Below, piece by piece: positions 45,530-54,376 of a stretch of DNA of 64,000 bases. The DNA is from Candidatus Poribacteria bacterium. GTDB taxonomy: Bacteria > Poribacteria > WGA-4E > WGA-3G. Positions within the stretch are counted from its first letter, which is position 1. Each line of letters starts with the position of its first letter. The position numbers were made by a program, and so were the translations under genes. The notes beneath the pieces are model-generated. The model searched no databases and had not been told where the DNA came from. It saw only the letters and a program-made list of their open reading frames with translations. The DNA lies in contig JAPOZO010000088.1 in the NCBI GenBank assembly GCA_026706025.1, positions 35,669 to 99,668 on the forward strand. The letters are read 5' to 3'.

Positions 45530-46983
45530 ATCTCCCTTTTAGGGGTTGTCAGTTATCAGTTTTCAGTCATCAGAGGAACGGCTTTCGATTTCCATCGGTT
45601 TCCGTCAGCAATCAGGACATTTACATCAGGATCCGGAGAACCTTCCTACAGGAAAACTAAATCGTGTTCCTCTATTTTACCTGACACGAATTTATTTGTC
45701 ATCTGTTTTATTATAGTTATCAGTTTTCAGTATTCCATGAAACAGAAATGTGATTCATCAAAGTACCTCTTAACCGAGTACTGAGTACTGAAAACTGCGT
45801 ACTATTTGGTCTAAACTGTGAATTATGTGATCCAAGGATTGGGGATAGCGGGTGACAATTAGGACGGGAAGGATGAAATAAGGTATTGTCTGAATCGCGG
45901 ATTATCGCGGATGACACGGATTTCGCGAATTTTAAGACATCTTTCTATCCAATGATCGTTTCTCTATCGCGGTTGAAACCCTTCTTACAAAAACATAAGA
46001 GCCGCCAATGTCAAAACTTTACACACCTTTGACTGATAGCCGACTGCTGATTGTTGACCGCCCTTTCCCAATTCCCTTCAAACGAGAAAGCACAGAGGCA
46101 TTCAGTTTTCCATTCTTTGCTCTAATTTTCACCGAGACCCAGTAGGTACAGTTTTGCGGTGTACCATAGGTGTCTATTTAGGAAAAAACCACATCGTCCC
46201 GTAGGTGTTTTTGCTTGGGGTGTTTTTGATAGGGTATTTCTGCGTATTGCTTGGGGTCTTTGATAGGGGTATTTGATAGGGTGTTTCTGCGGATTTCTGC
46301 GGATTTCCCCAAGGTTGAACGGGGTTAAGAAAGCAGATGTTGGTCTGCCAATACCCTCGAATCCAACCTGTCGTCCTATACAGCCAAAAACGCAGTGAAA
46401 CCCAACTTCAGACCCACAGGTGCCCATAAACCGCAAAGGTGTTGGGTTTCTCTCGGTTTTCTGTTTGGCGTGCCATCTCTGGAGAAGGCTTAGGCTTGGG
46501 TTAGTTTCCAGCATTTTAGAAATATCCGTTCAACCCAACCTACAGGAGAATACTAACGCTTTACACTTTTGACTTCTGAGCTGCGATTTCCCTGATTGCC
46601 ATGATTCCCATGATAAGACAACCCATCACAAGAAAATGAATACTGAAAACCCAGGCATGACGACTCAGCAGTTCCGCAGGAACCTCCTCTCTGTAGAAAC
46701 TTCAACACCACAATCAGCATCTTATTTTTCCTCAGATACCTTATTACAAAAATCACAAAAATCACAGAAATCACAGTTCAGACTTAATAAGACGGGAATG
46801 GCACGAAAAATCCCTAAATTGACACTTATGGTGCGGTTTCCTAACCGTACCGGTTTACAATGTCTCATTAACCCTAATATCCACTATAAGTAGAGTATTG
46901 GGGTTGGAAACCCTCCTACAAAAACCGGGAGTCGTTTCGGATTATAACTTGATTTATGAGCGGAAGTAACGTATAATTCAATC
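45530..46983. other. 1.45-kb non-coding region filled with degenerate repeats (REP variants, CAGT heptamers, GGGGTSTTTGATAGGG units, CACAAAAAT x3)
   Basis: No convincing ORF. The candidate ORFs here have junk-like composition. Confidence 0.5.
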
Positions 46984-48675
46984 GTGCCAATGCAACCCCT
47001 AAATGCTAATAATGGAGACCGAAAAAACGTGAACTACCGCGATATTCTACAAAACATTAGACTTGCCTTCCCGCAACCGACGTCTGACCCGATACATGAT
47101 TCCTATTTCGTACATTCCATCATGCGTGCACTGGACCAGGTGGACGCGCTCAAAACACATCTGCCGATGCTCGGGAGTATCGTCTCTGGTGACTTTAAAA
47201 AAGCGCGACAGACAGCGTTACCGGATGCCATGTCCTCGGTTGAAGATGTCACGGCTGAACTCATCGGTTATCTCCGAGGGATGACGATTTTCGGGCATCC
47301 TCGGACACAGCAGAACGTTATCCCGCCGACAACAATACCAAGCGTGATTGGTGTGCTTATTGCTTCGCTATACAACCCCAATATCACCTGGGATGAATAC
47401 AGTCAACTGGTGGCGTTGGCTGAAGTTGAAGTCGTCGGGATGACCGCGAACATGATTGGATATGACGCCGAACAGGCAAGTGGTGTGTTTACCTTTGGCG
47501 GTACCGGAACGACACTCTACGGGGTGAAACTCGGTTTAGAAAAGGCGTGCCCGGGAACGATGCAAAACGGGACACCCGAAGAGGCGGTTGTGTTCGTATC
47601 AGACGCAGGCCACTATTGTGCAACGAACATTGTCGGTTGGCTCGGCATCGGAACGAACAATCTGGTTACAATCCCAACGACGCATGACAACGAAATTGAC
47701 CTCGCCCAATTGGAACAAGCGGTTCGAGAAGCACTCACAAACGGGAAAAAGATTGCTGCCATCATCGCGACATTGGGCACTACGGATGCCTTCGGATTAG
47801 ACGATTTAGAGAGCATTGTGGCGTTACGAGACAACCTCGTCGATGAATTCCAACTCGACTACCGACCGCACGTTCACGCCGACGCAGTTATCGGATGGGC
47901 ATGGTCGGTATTTAACGACTACGATCTTGAGGGAAATCCCTTAGAATTCCGACCGCGCACCGTTCGGGCTTTGGCGGGCACGTGCAGACGCATACGGCAC
48001 CTCTCCCTCGCGGATTCTATCGGGATCGACTTTCATAAGACGGGCTTTACCCCTTATATCTCCAGTCTCGTCCTCGTCAAAAATCGAGAGGACTTCAATT
48101 TGGTGAAGCGTCATCCGGAACAGATGCCGTATCTCTATCACTTCGGGGAACACCGCCCCGGCATGTATACGCTTGAAACCTCCAGAGCCGGGACGGGGCC
48201 TCTTGCAGCCCTTGCGAATCTCCGGTTGTTCGGGGAACAAGGCTTGCAAGCCATCATCGGACACATCGTTGAAATGACACAACTCCTGCGGGAACACCTC
48301 GAAGGGCATGCGGGTACCACCGTGCTGAACCGAGAGAACTTTGGAACCGTCACCCTCTTCCGCGCCTATCCTGAGACGGTGGATACCTTCTCAATCAAGC
48401 AACAGGAATTTGAGGATGCTGCCTATCATGAGAGTTTGATCACCCATAACGCCTATAATCGAGAAATTTTCCAATACGTGCATTCGGAGGCGATGGAGGG
48501 CAGGGGCGTGGTCATTTCCACAACCGACTGTTACCGACACACCGCTTATGGCGAACCGATTGTCGCGTTGAAATCGTACATCCTATCGCCGTTTGTCGAT
48601 GAAGCCGATGTCAAAACTGTTGTTGATAAGGTTTTGGAGGCACGGGAGAAGGTCGGGTGTAGCGCGGACTCTTAG
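46984..48675 (+). CDS. PLP-dependent decarboxylase family protein (group II-like)
   Basis: DFHKTGFTPYISSLVLVK resembles the HK(w) PLP-lysine motif of group II decarboxylases. Tentative. Confidence 0.5.
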   Translation: MPMQPLNANNGDRKNVNYRDILQNIRLAFPQPTSDPIHDSYFVHSIMRALDQVDALKTHLPMLGSIVSGDFKKARQTALPDAMSSVEDVTAELIGYLRGMTIFGHPRTQQNVIPPTTIPSVIGVLIASLYNPNITWDEYSQLVALAEVEVVGMTANMIGYDAEQASGVFTFGGTGTTLYGVKLGLEKACPGTMQNGTPEEAVVFVSDAGHYCATNIVGWLGIGTNNLVTIPTTHDNEIDLAQLEQAVREALTNGKKIAAIIATLGTTDAFGLDDLESIVALRDNLVDEFQLDYRPHVHADAVIGWAWSVFNDYDLEGNPLEFRPRTVRALAGTCRRIRHLSLADSIGIDFHKTGFTPYISSLVLVKNREDFNLVKRHPEQMPYLYHFGEHRPGMYTLETSRAGTGPLAALANLRLFGEQGLQAIIGHIVEMTQLLREHLEGHAGTTVLNRENFGTVTLFRAYPETVDTFSIKQQEFEDAAYHESLITHNAYNREIFQYVHSEAMEGRGVVISTTDCYRHTAYGEPIVALKSYILSPFVDEADVKTVVDKVLEAREKVGCSADS

Positions 48676-48828
48676 TTTGTATTCATTAGGATTTATACAC
48701 GACCGAAATATTCTTGATGGAAAAAATGGAAGGATGGAAGAATGGAAGGACTTCCCGCACACTTCTAATCTTCTTGTTTTCCAATCCTGCAAGCAAACGA
48801 ACGCATTTTACGTCCGTTCTGTTGCATT

Positions 48829-49104
48829 TCAAACGACGATTGTCTGGGGATCCGACGTTACCTCACCGACAGCAGGGACTTCAATGCGTCTGGTGCAGGC
48901 ACCACAGAGCGCGTAGTAACGAACTGAATCCTCAGAAAGATCAATAACACCTGCGACGGCGCGCTGGAGTGCCTCGTACTGTGTCCGGGTCAGGTGCGCT
49001 TCAAACACACTGTATTGGACGCGGGTGCCGAACCCTTTGAGGACTTTGGCGAGTTGACCGCGTCGCCGGTCATCCGGAATATCATAAGAAATAACATAGA
49101 ACAT
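48829..49104 (-). CDS. cas2: CRISPR-associated endoribonuclease Cas2 (start at the internal MFYVISYDI; the listed ORF has a spurious 60-aa upstream extension)
   Basis: MFYVISYDIPDDRRRGQLAKVLKGFGTRVQYSVFE...DSVRYYALC is a classic Cas2 sequence. Confidence 0.8.
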   Translation of the reverse strand: MFYVISYDIPDDRRRGQLAKVLKGFGTRVQYSVFEAHLTRTQYEALQRAVAGVIDLSEDSVRYYALCGACTRRIEVPAVGEVTSDPQTIVV

Positions 49105-49110
49105 TGAAAA

Positions 49111-49335
49111 TTGCCTTTTATGGAATCCATTATGCCTGAATTTATCAGTTCCCCAATATTTTTGATAATTGCAGTGATACTCGCCGTTTTTCTCGTGATT
49201 GCTATTGTGAAGGGCGCGATTCGTCTCTTTATCTGGATCGCTATTATTGCCGTGATTCTCCTCGGGGTCGGTATTCTGACACAAGAGGAGATGCGCAATT
49301 GGTTTGAGAATCTCCTCAAGACAGTAACGGGATAG
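49111..49335 (+). CDS. Small two-TM membrane protein (hypothetical). The start is uncertain (TTG at 49111, ATG at 49120 or 49132).
   Basis: Two clear hydrophobic helices. It sits between cas2 and the cas6-like gene on the opposite strand. Confidence 0.35.
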   Translation: MPFMESIMPEFISSPIFLIIAVILAVFLVIAIVKGAIRLFIWIAIIAVILLGVGILTQEEMRNWFENLLKTVTG

Positions 49336-49345
49336 ACGTTGCGAC

Positions 49346-49828
49346 TCAGTTTATCGGCGGCGGGTTGTCTCCCAATCCACAGATGCGGTACTGTCCAAAC
49401 CCAAACGCCGTATGATGCCCGATGTGCAGATACTCACCAAGATAGATAAACGGTAGAAACGGCTCTAATTCCCCTGAAAAATGGATTTTCCCAATAAACC
49501 CACCCATCGGCACGAATTTCTCCGCTCGGTCAGAGTACCGATCCTTCCTAAGCCAATTCAAGCGAGAATCATGACTGACAGCAGTGGAAGCCGCAATTAA
49601 GCCGTGAGCATCCACATCCAAATCCTCGCCACAATGGAAATAACTCAGGAACCGGATCCGCCGCAGCAAATTGCGGATGAGGTGTTCAAACGTTAGTTTG
49701 CCTGTCCACTTGCCATCGACTTTGATACTGGTAGGTGTGATAAATTCCAGTTCAATCGTATCGGTGGCATGCGGCGCAGCGGGCATCACATCTGCCAACC
49801 CAAGCATCAGTCCATCATCCGTCAGCAT
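49346..49828 (-). CDS. cas6: Cas6-like protein, probably N-terminally truncated or degenerate. The frame stays open without an ATG up to about 49930.
   Basis: C-terminal glycine-rich loop LHIGHHTAFGFGQYRI matches the Cas6 signature (sGiG..t.GfG). An upstream GGFIGKIHFSG segment is also present. Confidence 0.5.
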   Translation of the reverse strand: MLTDDGLMLGLADVMPAAPHATDTIELEFITPTSIKVDGKWTGKLTFEHLIRNLLRRIRFLSYFHCGEDLDVDAHGLIAASTAVSHDSRLNWLRKDRYSDRAEKFVPMGGFIGKIHFSGELEPFLPFIYLGEYLHIGHHTAFGFGQYRICGLGDNPPPIN

Positions 49829-50246
49829 CCCAGTTTCTGCTGTGTAAATCGTCTGAGATTGATGGCTGTCATGGGCGGGTAAACTCTCGACTTTATCGAG
49901 TTGACACTGCTCGCGTTTGTTTTGGAGTCCGATTTAAAAATAATTAATCCTATATCTAATTTTACACCATACAACATTTTAAAATTAAAAGAAAATTATA
50001 TCCATAAAACCGCTAATTTCGCTTGAAAATACCTTTGCAGGATCTCAGGGTGTGATACAGACGCTGATTTGTTAGCGGTTTGGCACGAGACTTGGTAAAA
50101 TTTGATTTTTAGGTTGGCAATTTGGGTTGAATCTGTTATCATTTCTGTAGTATGCGTAGCATGCGCTGTTTCGAGAACATAGAACTGGACCGCTAAGAAC
50201 CGATAATGCCATGATTAGAACAGTCGTGAAATAAAAAGGAACACCA

Positions 50247-51293
50247 ATGAGAAATTGTGAAACACGCTTGCTTGTGATTTTATTGTGCTGTGTGTGTATC
50301 TGCGGTTGTGAAAGGGGGCAGCACGTCGTTAAACCCCCCATAGCAGTTGACTTAATACCCGATCCCAATTTAGCGGCTGCTGTGCGTGAGGCACTCGGTT
50401 TGACAACAGATGCCCCACTGACGGCAGAGGTGTTGCAGAACCTGGGAACACTTAGGGCTCATAACCTCCAGATTGTAGATCTCACGGGTTTAGAATACGC
50501 AGTGAATCTGACAAAACTGCACCTGACCGAGAACCAGATATCTGATGTTTCACCACTGGAAAATCTCAAAAACCTGACAGAACTGTACCTCGCTGGGAAC
50601 CAGTTATCCGATATTTCACCACTATTCGATATTTCACCGCTGGAAAACCTCACAAACTTGACAGAACTGGGCCTCGGCGGGAACCAGTTATCCGATATTT
50701 CACTACTGGAAAATCTCACAAACTTGACAGAACTGGGCCTCGCTGGGAACCAGTTATCCGATATTTCACCATTGGAAAATCTCACAAATCTAAGAGGACT
50801 GCACCTCGGTGGGAACCAGTTATCCGATATTTCACCGCTGGAAAATCTCACAAATCTAAGACAACTGGGCCTCGGCGGGAACCAGTTATCCGATATTTCA
50901 CCACTGGAAAATCTCACAAATCTAAGACAACTGCTCCTGAACGAGAACCAGTTATCCGATATTTCACCACTGGAGAATCTCACAAATCTAAGAGGACTGC
51001 ACCTCGGCGGGAACCAGTTATCCGATATTTCACTACTGGAAAATCTCACAAACTTGACAGAACTGGGCCTCGGTGGGAACCAGTTATCCGATATTTCACC
51101 GCTGGAAAATCTCACAAATCTGATAAATCTGTGGCTGTCCTATAACCAGATATCGGACATCGTCCCCCTCGCGGCGAATAGAGGCTTGGGCGACAGGGAC
51201 ACCCTCTGGTTGAAAGGCAACCCTTTGGACGAGGCTGCCATTCGTACACATATTCCTACACTCCAAGAGAGAGGTGTTAGGGTAGACCTGTAA
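50247..51293 (+). CDS. Internalin-type leucine-rich-repeat protein (about 12 x 22-aa LRRs), a paralog of the LRR module in the gene at 25367..27844
   Basis: Repeats LENLTNLTELGLGGNQLSDISP. The pre-LRR motif DPNLAAAVREALGL is shared with the metzincin-LRR gene. N-terminal hydrophobic signal. Confidence 0.8.
   Translation: MRNCETRLLVILLCCVCICGCERGQHVVKPPIAVDLIPDPNLAAAVREALGLTTDAPLTAEVLQNLGTLRAHNLQIVDLTGLEYAVNLTKLHLTENQISDVSPLENLKNLTELYLAGNQLSDISPLFDISPLENLTNLTELGLGGNQLSDISLLENLTNLTELGLAGNQLSDISPLENLTNLRGLHLGGNQLSDISPLENLTNLRQLGLGGNQLSDISPLENLTNLRQLLLNENQLSDISPLENLTNLRGLHLGGNQLSDISLLENLTNLTELGLGGNQLSDISPLENLTNLINLWLSYNQISDIVPLAANRGLGDRDTLWLKGNPLDEAAIRTHIPTLQERGVRVDL
50520..51150. repeat. Near-identical 66-bp coding tandem repeats (LRR units)
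   Basis: cactggaaaatctcacaaatctaaga...gggaaccagttatccgatatttcac is repeated with few substitutions. Confidence 0.7.
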
Positions 51294-51411
51294 AAAAAAT
51301 ATAGAAGGTGAATATTTAGGGTTGGAAGTAAAGGGAGAGAATGATGGTATCAGGGGTACAGACCCCTCTACAAAAGCGTCGAAATAGTTACATTTATAGA
51401 GGTTATATAAG

Positions 51412-52209
51412 ATGGGAATTTTAACGACGGATCAACGTAAGCAGTGGAAAACGGAGGGTTACATCGTTCTGAAAGCGGTTCTCTCTCCTGACGAGGTACA
51501 GGCATTGACAGCAACGGTCAATGATATGGATGCTGAGTTTCGGAAAGGTGAGAACGTCACTGCCGATTCGGTATTTGATAAGCGGAATGTAATGGAAGAT
51601 AATGACATTTTCGTTGATCTGATGGACCATCCGGTGACGTTTCCGATTGTGCGCGAGTTGATAGGGGATTTTATCCAGTTGAGTATGTCGGAGGTGATTG
51701 TTCGTCCGCCGAATCCAAAAGATCAAGGTTATTTGCATACGGACGGTGGACAGGCGATGCGAACGATTCGGGTCAGCAGATCGAGTTCGCCGCTGCAAGT
51801 CAAAATCCACTATTTTTTGACGGATCTTGAGGATCCGGACAGTGGAAACTTCACGGTTGTGCCGGGGAGCCACAATCGTACTTTTCCAGAAACAGGGGTC
51901 AAGGACGGTCCCTATATCCCTGAAGCGGTGCAGTTGTGTGTGAAAGCGGGAGATGCTGCGGTTTTTCCGCATGCTTTGTGGCACGGCGTTGTTGCAAACC
52001 GATCGGAACAGCCTCGCAAGACTTTAATTTATTGCTACAGCCACCAGTGTTTTCGACCCTTTGATTACGAAAAGGCATCGCCTGAACTTATGGAGCGATG
52101 TACACCGCGTCAGCAGAGATTGATTGGGGACATCGGGGATTGGAAACCGGGCTCGTATTTCTATTCACCGGGGGATCAGGAGAAAGTAATTAGTGGGGAA
52201 GAGGCGTAA
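51412..52209 (+). CDS. Phytanoyl-CoA dioxygenase (PhyH) family Fe(II)/2OG oxygenase
   Basis: HTDGGQ (HxD) and a distal His (PHALWHGV). Confidence 0.6.
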   Translation: MGILTTDQRKQWKTEGYIVLKAVLSPDEVQALTATVNDMDAEFRKGENVTADSVFDKRNVMEDNDIFVDLMDHPVTFPIVRELIGDFIQLSMSEVIVRPPNPKDQGYLHTDGGQAMRTIRVSRSSSPLQVKIHYFLTDLEDPDSGNFTVVPGSHNRTFPETGVKDGPYIPEAVQLCVKAGDAAVFPHALWHGVVANRSEQPRKTLIYCYSHQCFRPFDYEKASPELMERCTPRQQRLIGDIGDWKPGSYFYSPGDQEKVISGEEA

Positions 52210-52230
52210 TTAGCCGTCAGCGGTCAGCAA

Positions 52231-52282
52231 GATTGCGAGCGCGGGAAGACACCCCAGCAAAAACACTGGCGCCTACGGGAAG
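52231..52282. repeat. Second copy of the ~50-nt structured motif (GCGAGCGCGGGAAGACACCCCAGCAAAAACACTGGCGCCTACGGGAAG)
   Basis: About 85% identical to 7073..7122. Located between convergent gene ends. Confidence 0.5.
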
Positions 52283-52287
52283 AAAAT

Positions 52288-52725
52288 CTAATCAATTTCG
52301 ATGACGACGTATTTTTGTTCGACGGAAACTGGGAATGTGTCGGCGACGTAGGGACCTTTTTCGCGTTCGGCATTGGATGCGTCAATATCCTCACCGCTTT
52401 CGATCTGGACTTCGTATTTCCTGACACGGCGTTGGGCAGGACTCCACCAAGATTGCCCGGTTTTGATGTCGAATTCCCAACTATGCCACGGGCATCGGAG
52501 GATCTCACCTTTGCGGGTGTAGTTATAAGTGCCTGGGGTTGGTGATTCTAAAAATCCGGTGACGATGCCTTTACACAGCGGTCCACCTTGGTGCGGACAA
52601 CTGTTACGGATCGCGAAGAATTCGCCATCAATATTAAAGATACCGATGGAACGTCCGCCGATTTCGACGATTTTGCGTTCACCCGGAGGTATTTCGTCTG
52701 AGGTTGCTACGACGTATTTAGGCAT
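52288..52725 (-). CDS. Rieske [2Fe-2S] domain protein
   Basis: CPHQGGPL...CPWHSWEFD (CxH...CxxH). Confidence 0.8.
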   Translation of the reverse strand: MPKYVVATSDEIPPGERKIVEIGGRSIGIFNIDGEFFAIRNSCPHQGGPLCKGIVTGFLESPTPGTYNYTRKGEILRCPWHSWEFDIKTGQSWWSPAQRRVRKYEVQIESGEDIDASNAEREKGPYVADTFPVSVEQKYVVIEID

Positions 52726-53077
52726 TGGTTGTCAAAAAGCGTTTGAATGCTTCAAGGCTCGGTACTTGCATCGCTGCGCGCCGCAAATCTTTGAGACGTT
52801 GCAGGTCTTGAATAGATTCCAACATCGGCTTTAACGTTTGCACATCACTCTCGTGAAATTGAATCTCCAAGGACTCAAGAATGCCTTCAATGGTACTTTC
52901 TCGAGCACCCTGCTCAATACCTTGCTGTAGGATATATTGATACGTTGCTGATTCTAACATAGGGCCCTCCAACAGATGGCGAATTTCGGCAGGATCCACA
53001 ATCAGACCGCTCAAAATCCATTGCCATATTAGTAAGTTATTCTGCAGATCCGACGCAAGCGGAAGGGCAAACGTCAA
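52718..53077 (-). pseudogene. Fragment corresponding to the C-terminal DUF4351 region of an Rpn-family (YhgA-like PD-(D/E)XK) transposase-like protein
   Basis: SATYQYILQQGIEQGARESTIEGILESLEIQF...LQRLKDL resembles the DUF4351 C-terminal module. No N-terminal nuclease domain is present. Confidence 0.45.
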
Positions 53078-53095
53078 TATTTTTTCACATCTGAA

Positions 53096-54187
53096 TCACA
53101 GCTTATCAAACGCGTAAAGGTTGCGGGCGTTTTCTGATAGAATTTTCTGGCGTAACTCCGGTTTCAGGAAACTGGGCAGCGCACGGTCAGGAGAATCGAA
53201 ATCCCAATGTGGGTAATCCGTTGCGAACATGAGTTTGTCGTTCATGCCCATCTGTTCAAGCATCTGCTCGAAATACTCGCGTTTCGGTGGCTCTTCCATC
53301 GGCTGTGTGCTGAGCCAGAAATGGTCGCGGATGTATTCCGAAGGCTTGCGTTTGAGGTCCGGGATCTCAACGCGGAGTTTCTCCCATGTTGCGTCAAGTC
53401 GCCAGATGAGTGGTGGTAGCCAGGCAAATCCGCCCTCAATTAGCACAACTTTGAGCGTCGGGAAATGGTCAAACACACCTTCACAGACATAACTGATAAC
53501 TTGCGTGTGGAAGGCTTGCGGCATACCCCCGTGGTCCTCTATGTAATAGGAGGGCCACCCGGCACCTGTAATGGGGCCCTGATTGCCGCCGAAGTGGATA
53601 CCGATAGGAAGATCGTATTCAACGGCTGCCTCGTAGATTTTCCAATATTTTCGGTTGCCAAGCGGCTCCCTTGTCCGCGCGAGAAGCAGGATCTGAACAA
53701 ACGCTGGGTTTGGACCGCACCGGTGGATTTCGGCAGCCGCAAGGTCCCCGTTCTCATAAGGAACGACGACAGAGGCGCGTAAACGGGGCTCAGGTTCAAC
53801 CCAATCGGCAACCTGCCAATCGTTAACCGCGCTTGCGAGCGCATCACCATACGCAAGATTCAGCTGCTCACCGACAGGGATTAACGGATTCAACACACCG
53901 TATTCAATATCCCATGCATCCAACAGTTGCTCCTGCATAAACCCTAAATCTGCACCGGGTGAGAGCCCTGATGGCGGCCAGGCATCGTGCCGTGCAGCGT
54001 TGAGCAGTGCGCGCGGATAGTATCCGCCGATTTGACCGCGGAGACCGAAGGTTTTGTGGTGATCCTGCCACCGCTGAGACAGGTAGGGAGACAATCCGCC
54101 CGGCGGCACAGAGTTGTGGATATCGCAATCAATAACTGGGTATTTCAAACGTTTCGTTGTTGTATTTTCCATCGCGTTTATCTCCAT
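53096..54187 (-). CDS. Amidohydrolase_2 (ACMSD/LigW-like) family hydrolase or decarboxylase
   Basis: N-terminal VIDCDIHN and C-terminal FATDYPHWDFD motifs. A paralog follows. Confidence 0.6.
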   Translation of the reverse strand: MEINAMENTTTKRLKYPVIDCDIHNSVPPGGLSPYLSQRWQDHHKTFGLRGQIGGYYPRALLNAARHDAWPPSGLSPGADLGFMQEQLLDAWDIEYGVLNPLIPVGEQLNLAYGDALASAVNDWQVADWVEPEPRLRASVVVPYENGDLAAAEIHRCGPNPAFVQILLLARTREPLGNRKYWKIYEAAVEYDLPIGIHFGGNQGPITGAGWPSYYIEDHGGMPQAFHTQVISYVCEGVFDHFPTLKVVLIEGGFAWLPPLIWRLDATWEKLRVEIPDLKRKPSEYIRDHFWLSTQPMEEPPKREYFEQMLEQMGMNDKLMFATDYPHWDFDSPDRALPSFLKPELRQKILSENARNLYAFDKL

Positions 54188-54376
54188 GGGTTAATAGTTA
54201 TCAGTCTTTATAGTTATCAGTTAAAAGAGGGTTGGGACAATTCAAGAGGTCTCTTTACTGAAAACTGAAAGATTTTTCATGCCTCGCAGTGAGAGAAAAT
54301 CGCTCTGATAACTGAAAACCACTGACCACTGAAAGATTTTTTTCGGAGAAAAAATCGTACTGACAACTGACAACTA
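54188..54376. repeat. Second copy of the composite heptamer, hairpin and 35-nt core element (GAAAGATTTTTCATGCCTCGCAGTGAGAGAAAATCG)
   Basis: Same architecture as 14306..14469. It ends in CTGACAACTGACAACTATT, which overlaps the stop codon of the upstream gene. Confidence 0.55.

Noticed and set aside
46122-46893. Three small ORFs (130, 73 and 85 aa) in the 1.45-kb intergenic region.
   Set aside because: No start context and implausible composition. They overlap repeat debris.
45530-46983. Scanned the intergenic regions for known ncRNA signatures (tmRNA tag and 3' end, RNase P AGGAAAGTCCGGG, SRP RNA core).
   Set aside because: None of the diagnostic strings was found by eye. A covariance-model search would be needed to exclude them properly.
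48829-49284. Full 151-aa ORF as a longer Cas2.
   Set aside because: The first 60 codons (MCQNTDPEENHGNNSD...) have no Cas2 counterpart. The conserved Cas2 N-terminus MFYVISYDI starts at the internal Met (49104).
48676-50246. Looked for a CRISPR array flanking cas2 and the cas6-like gene (spaced direct repeats of 28-37 nt).
   Set aside because: No periodic repeat-spacer structure is visible. The AT-rich 49830-50246 stretch is leader-like but has no repeats. A 36-nt cas-proximal string (GTTGCATTTCAAACGACGATTGTCTGGGGATCCGAC) occurs only once, and part of it encodes the Cas2 C-terminus.
50459-51115. 218-aa minus-strand ORF antisense to the LRR gene.
   Set aside because: It is produced by the 66-bp periodicity of the LRR repeats and translates to a repetitive meaningless peptide.
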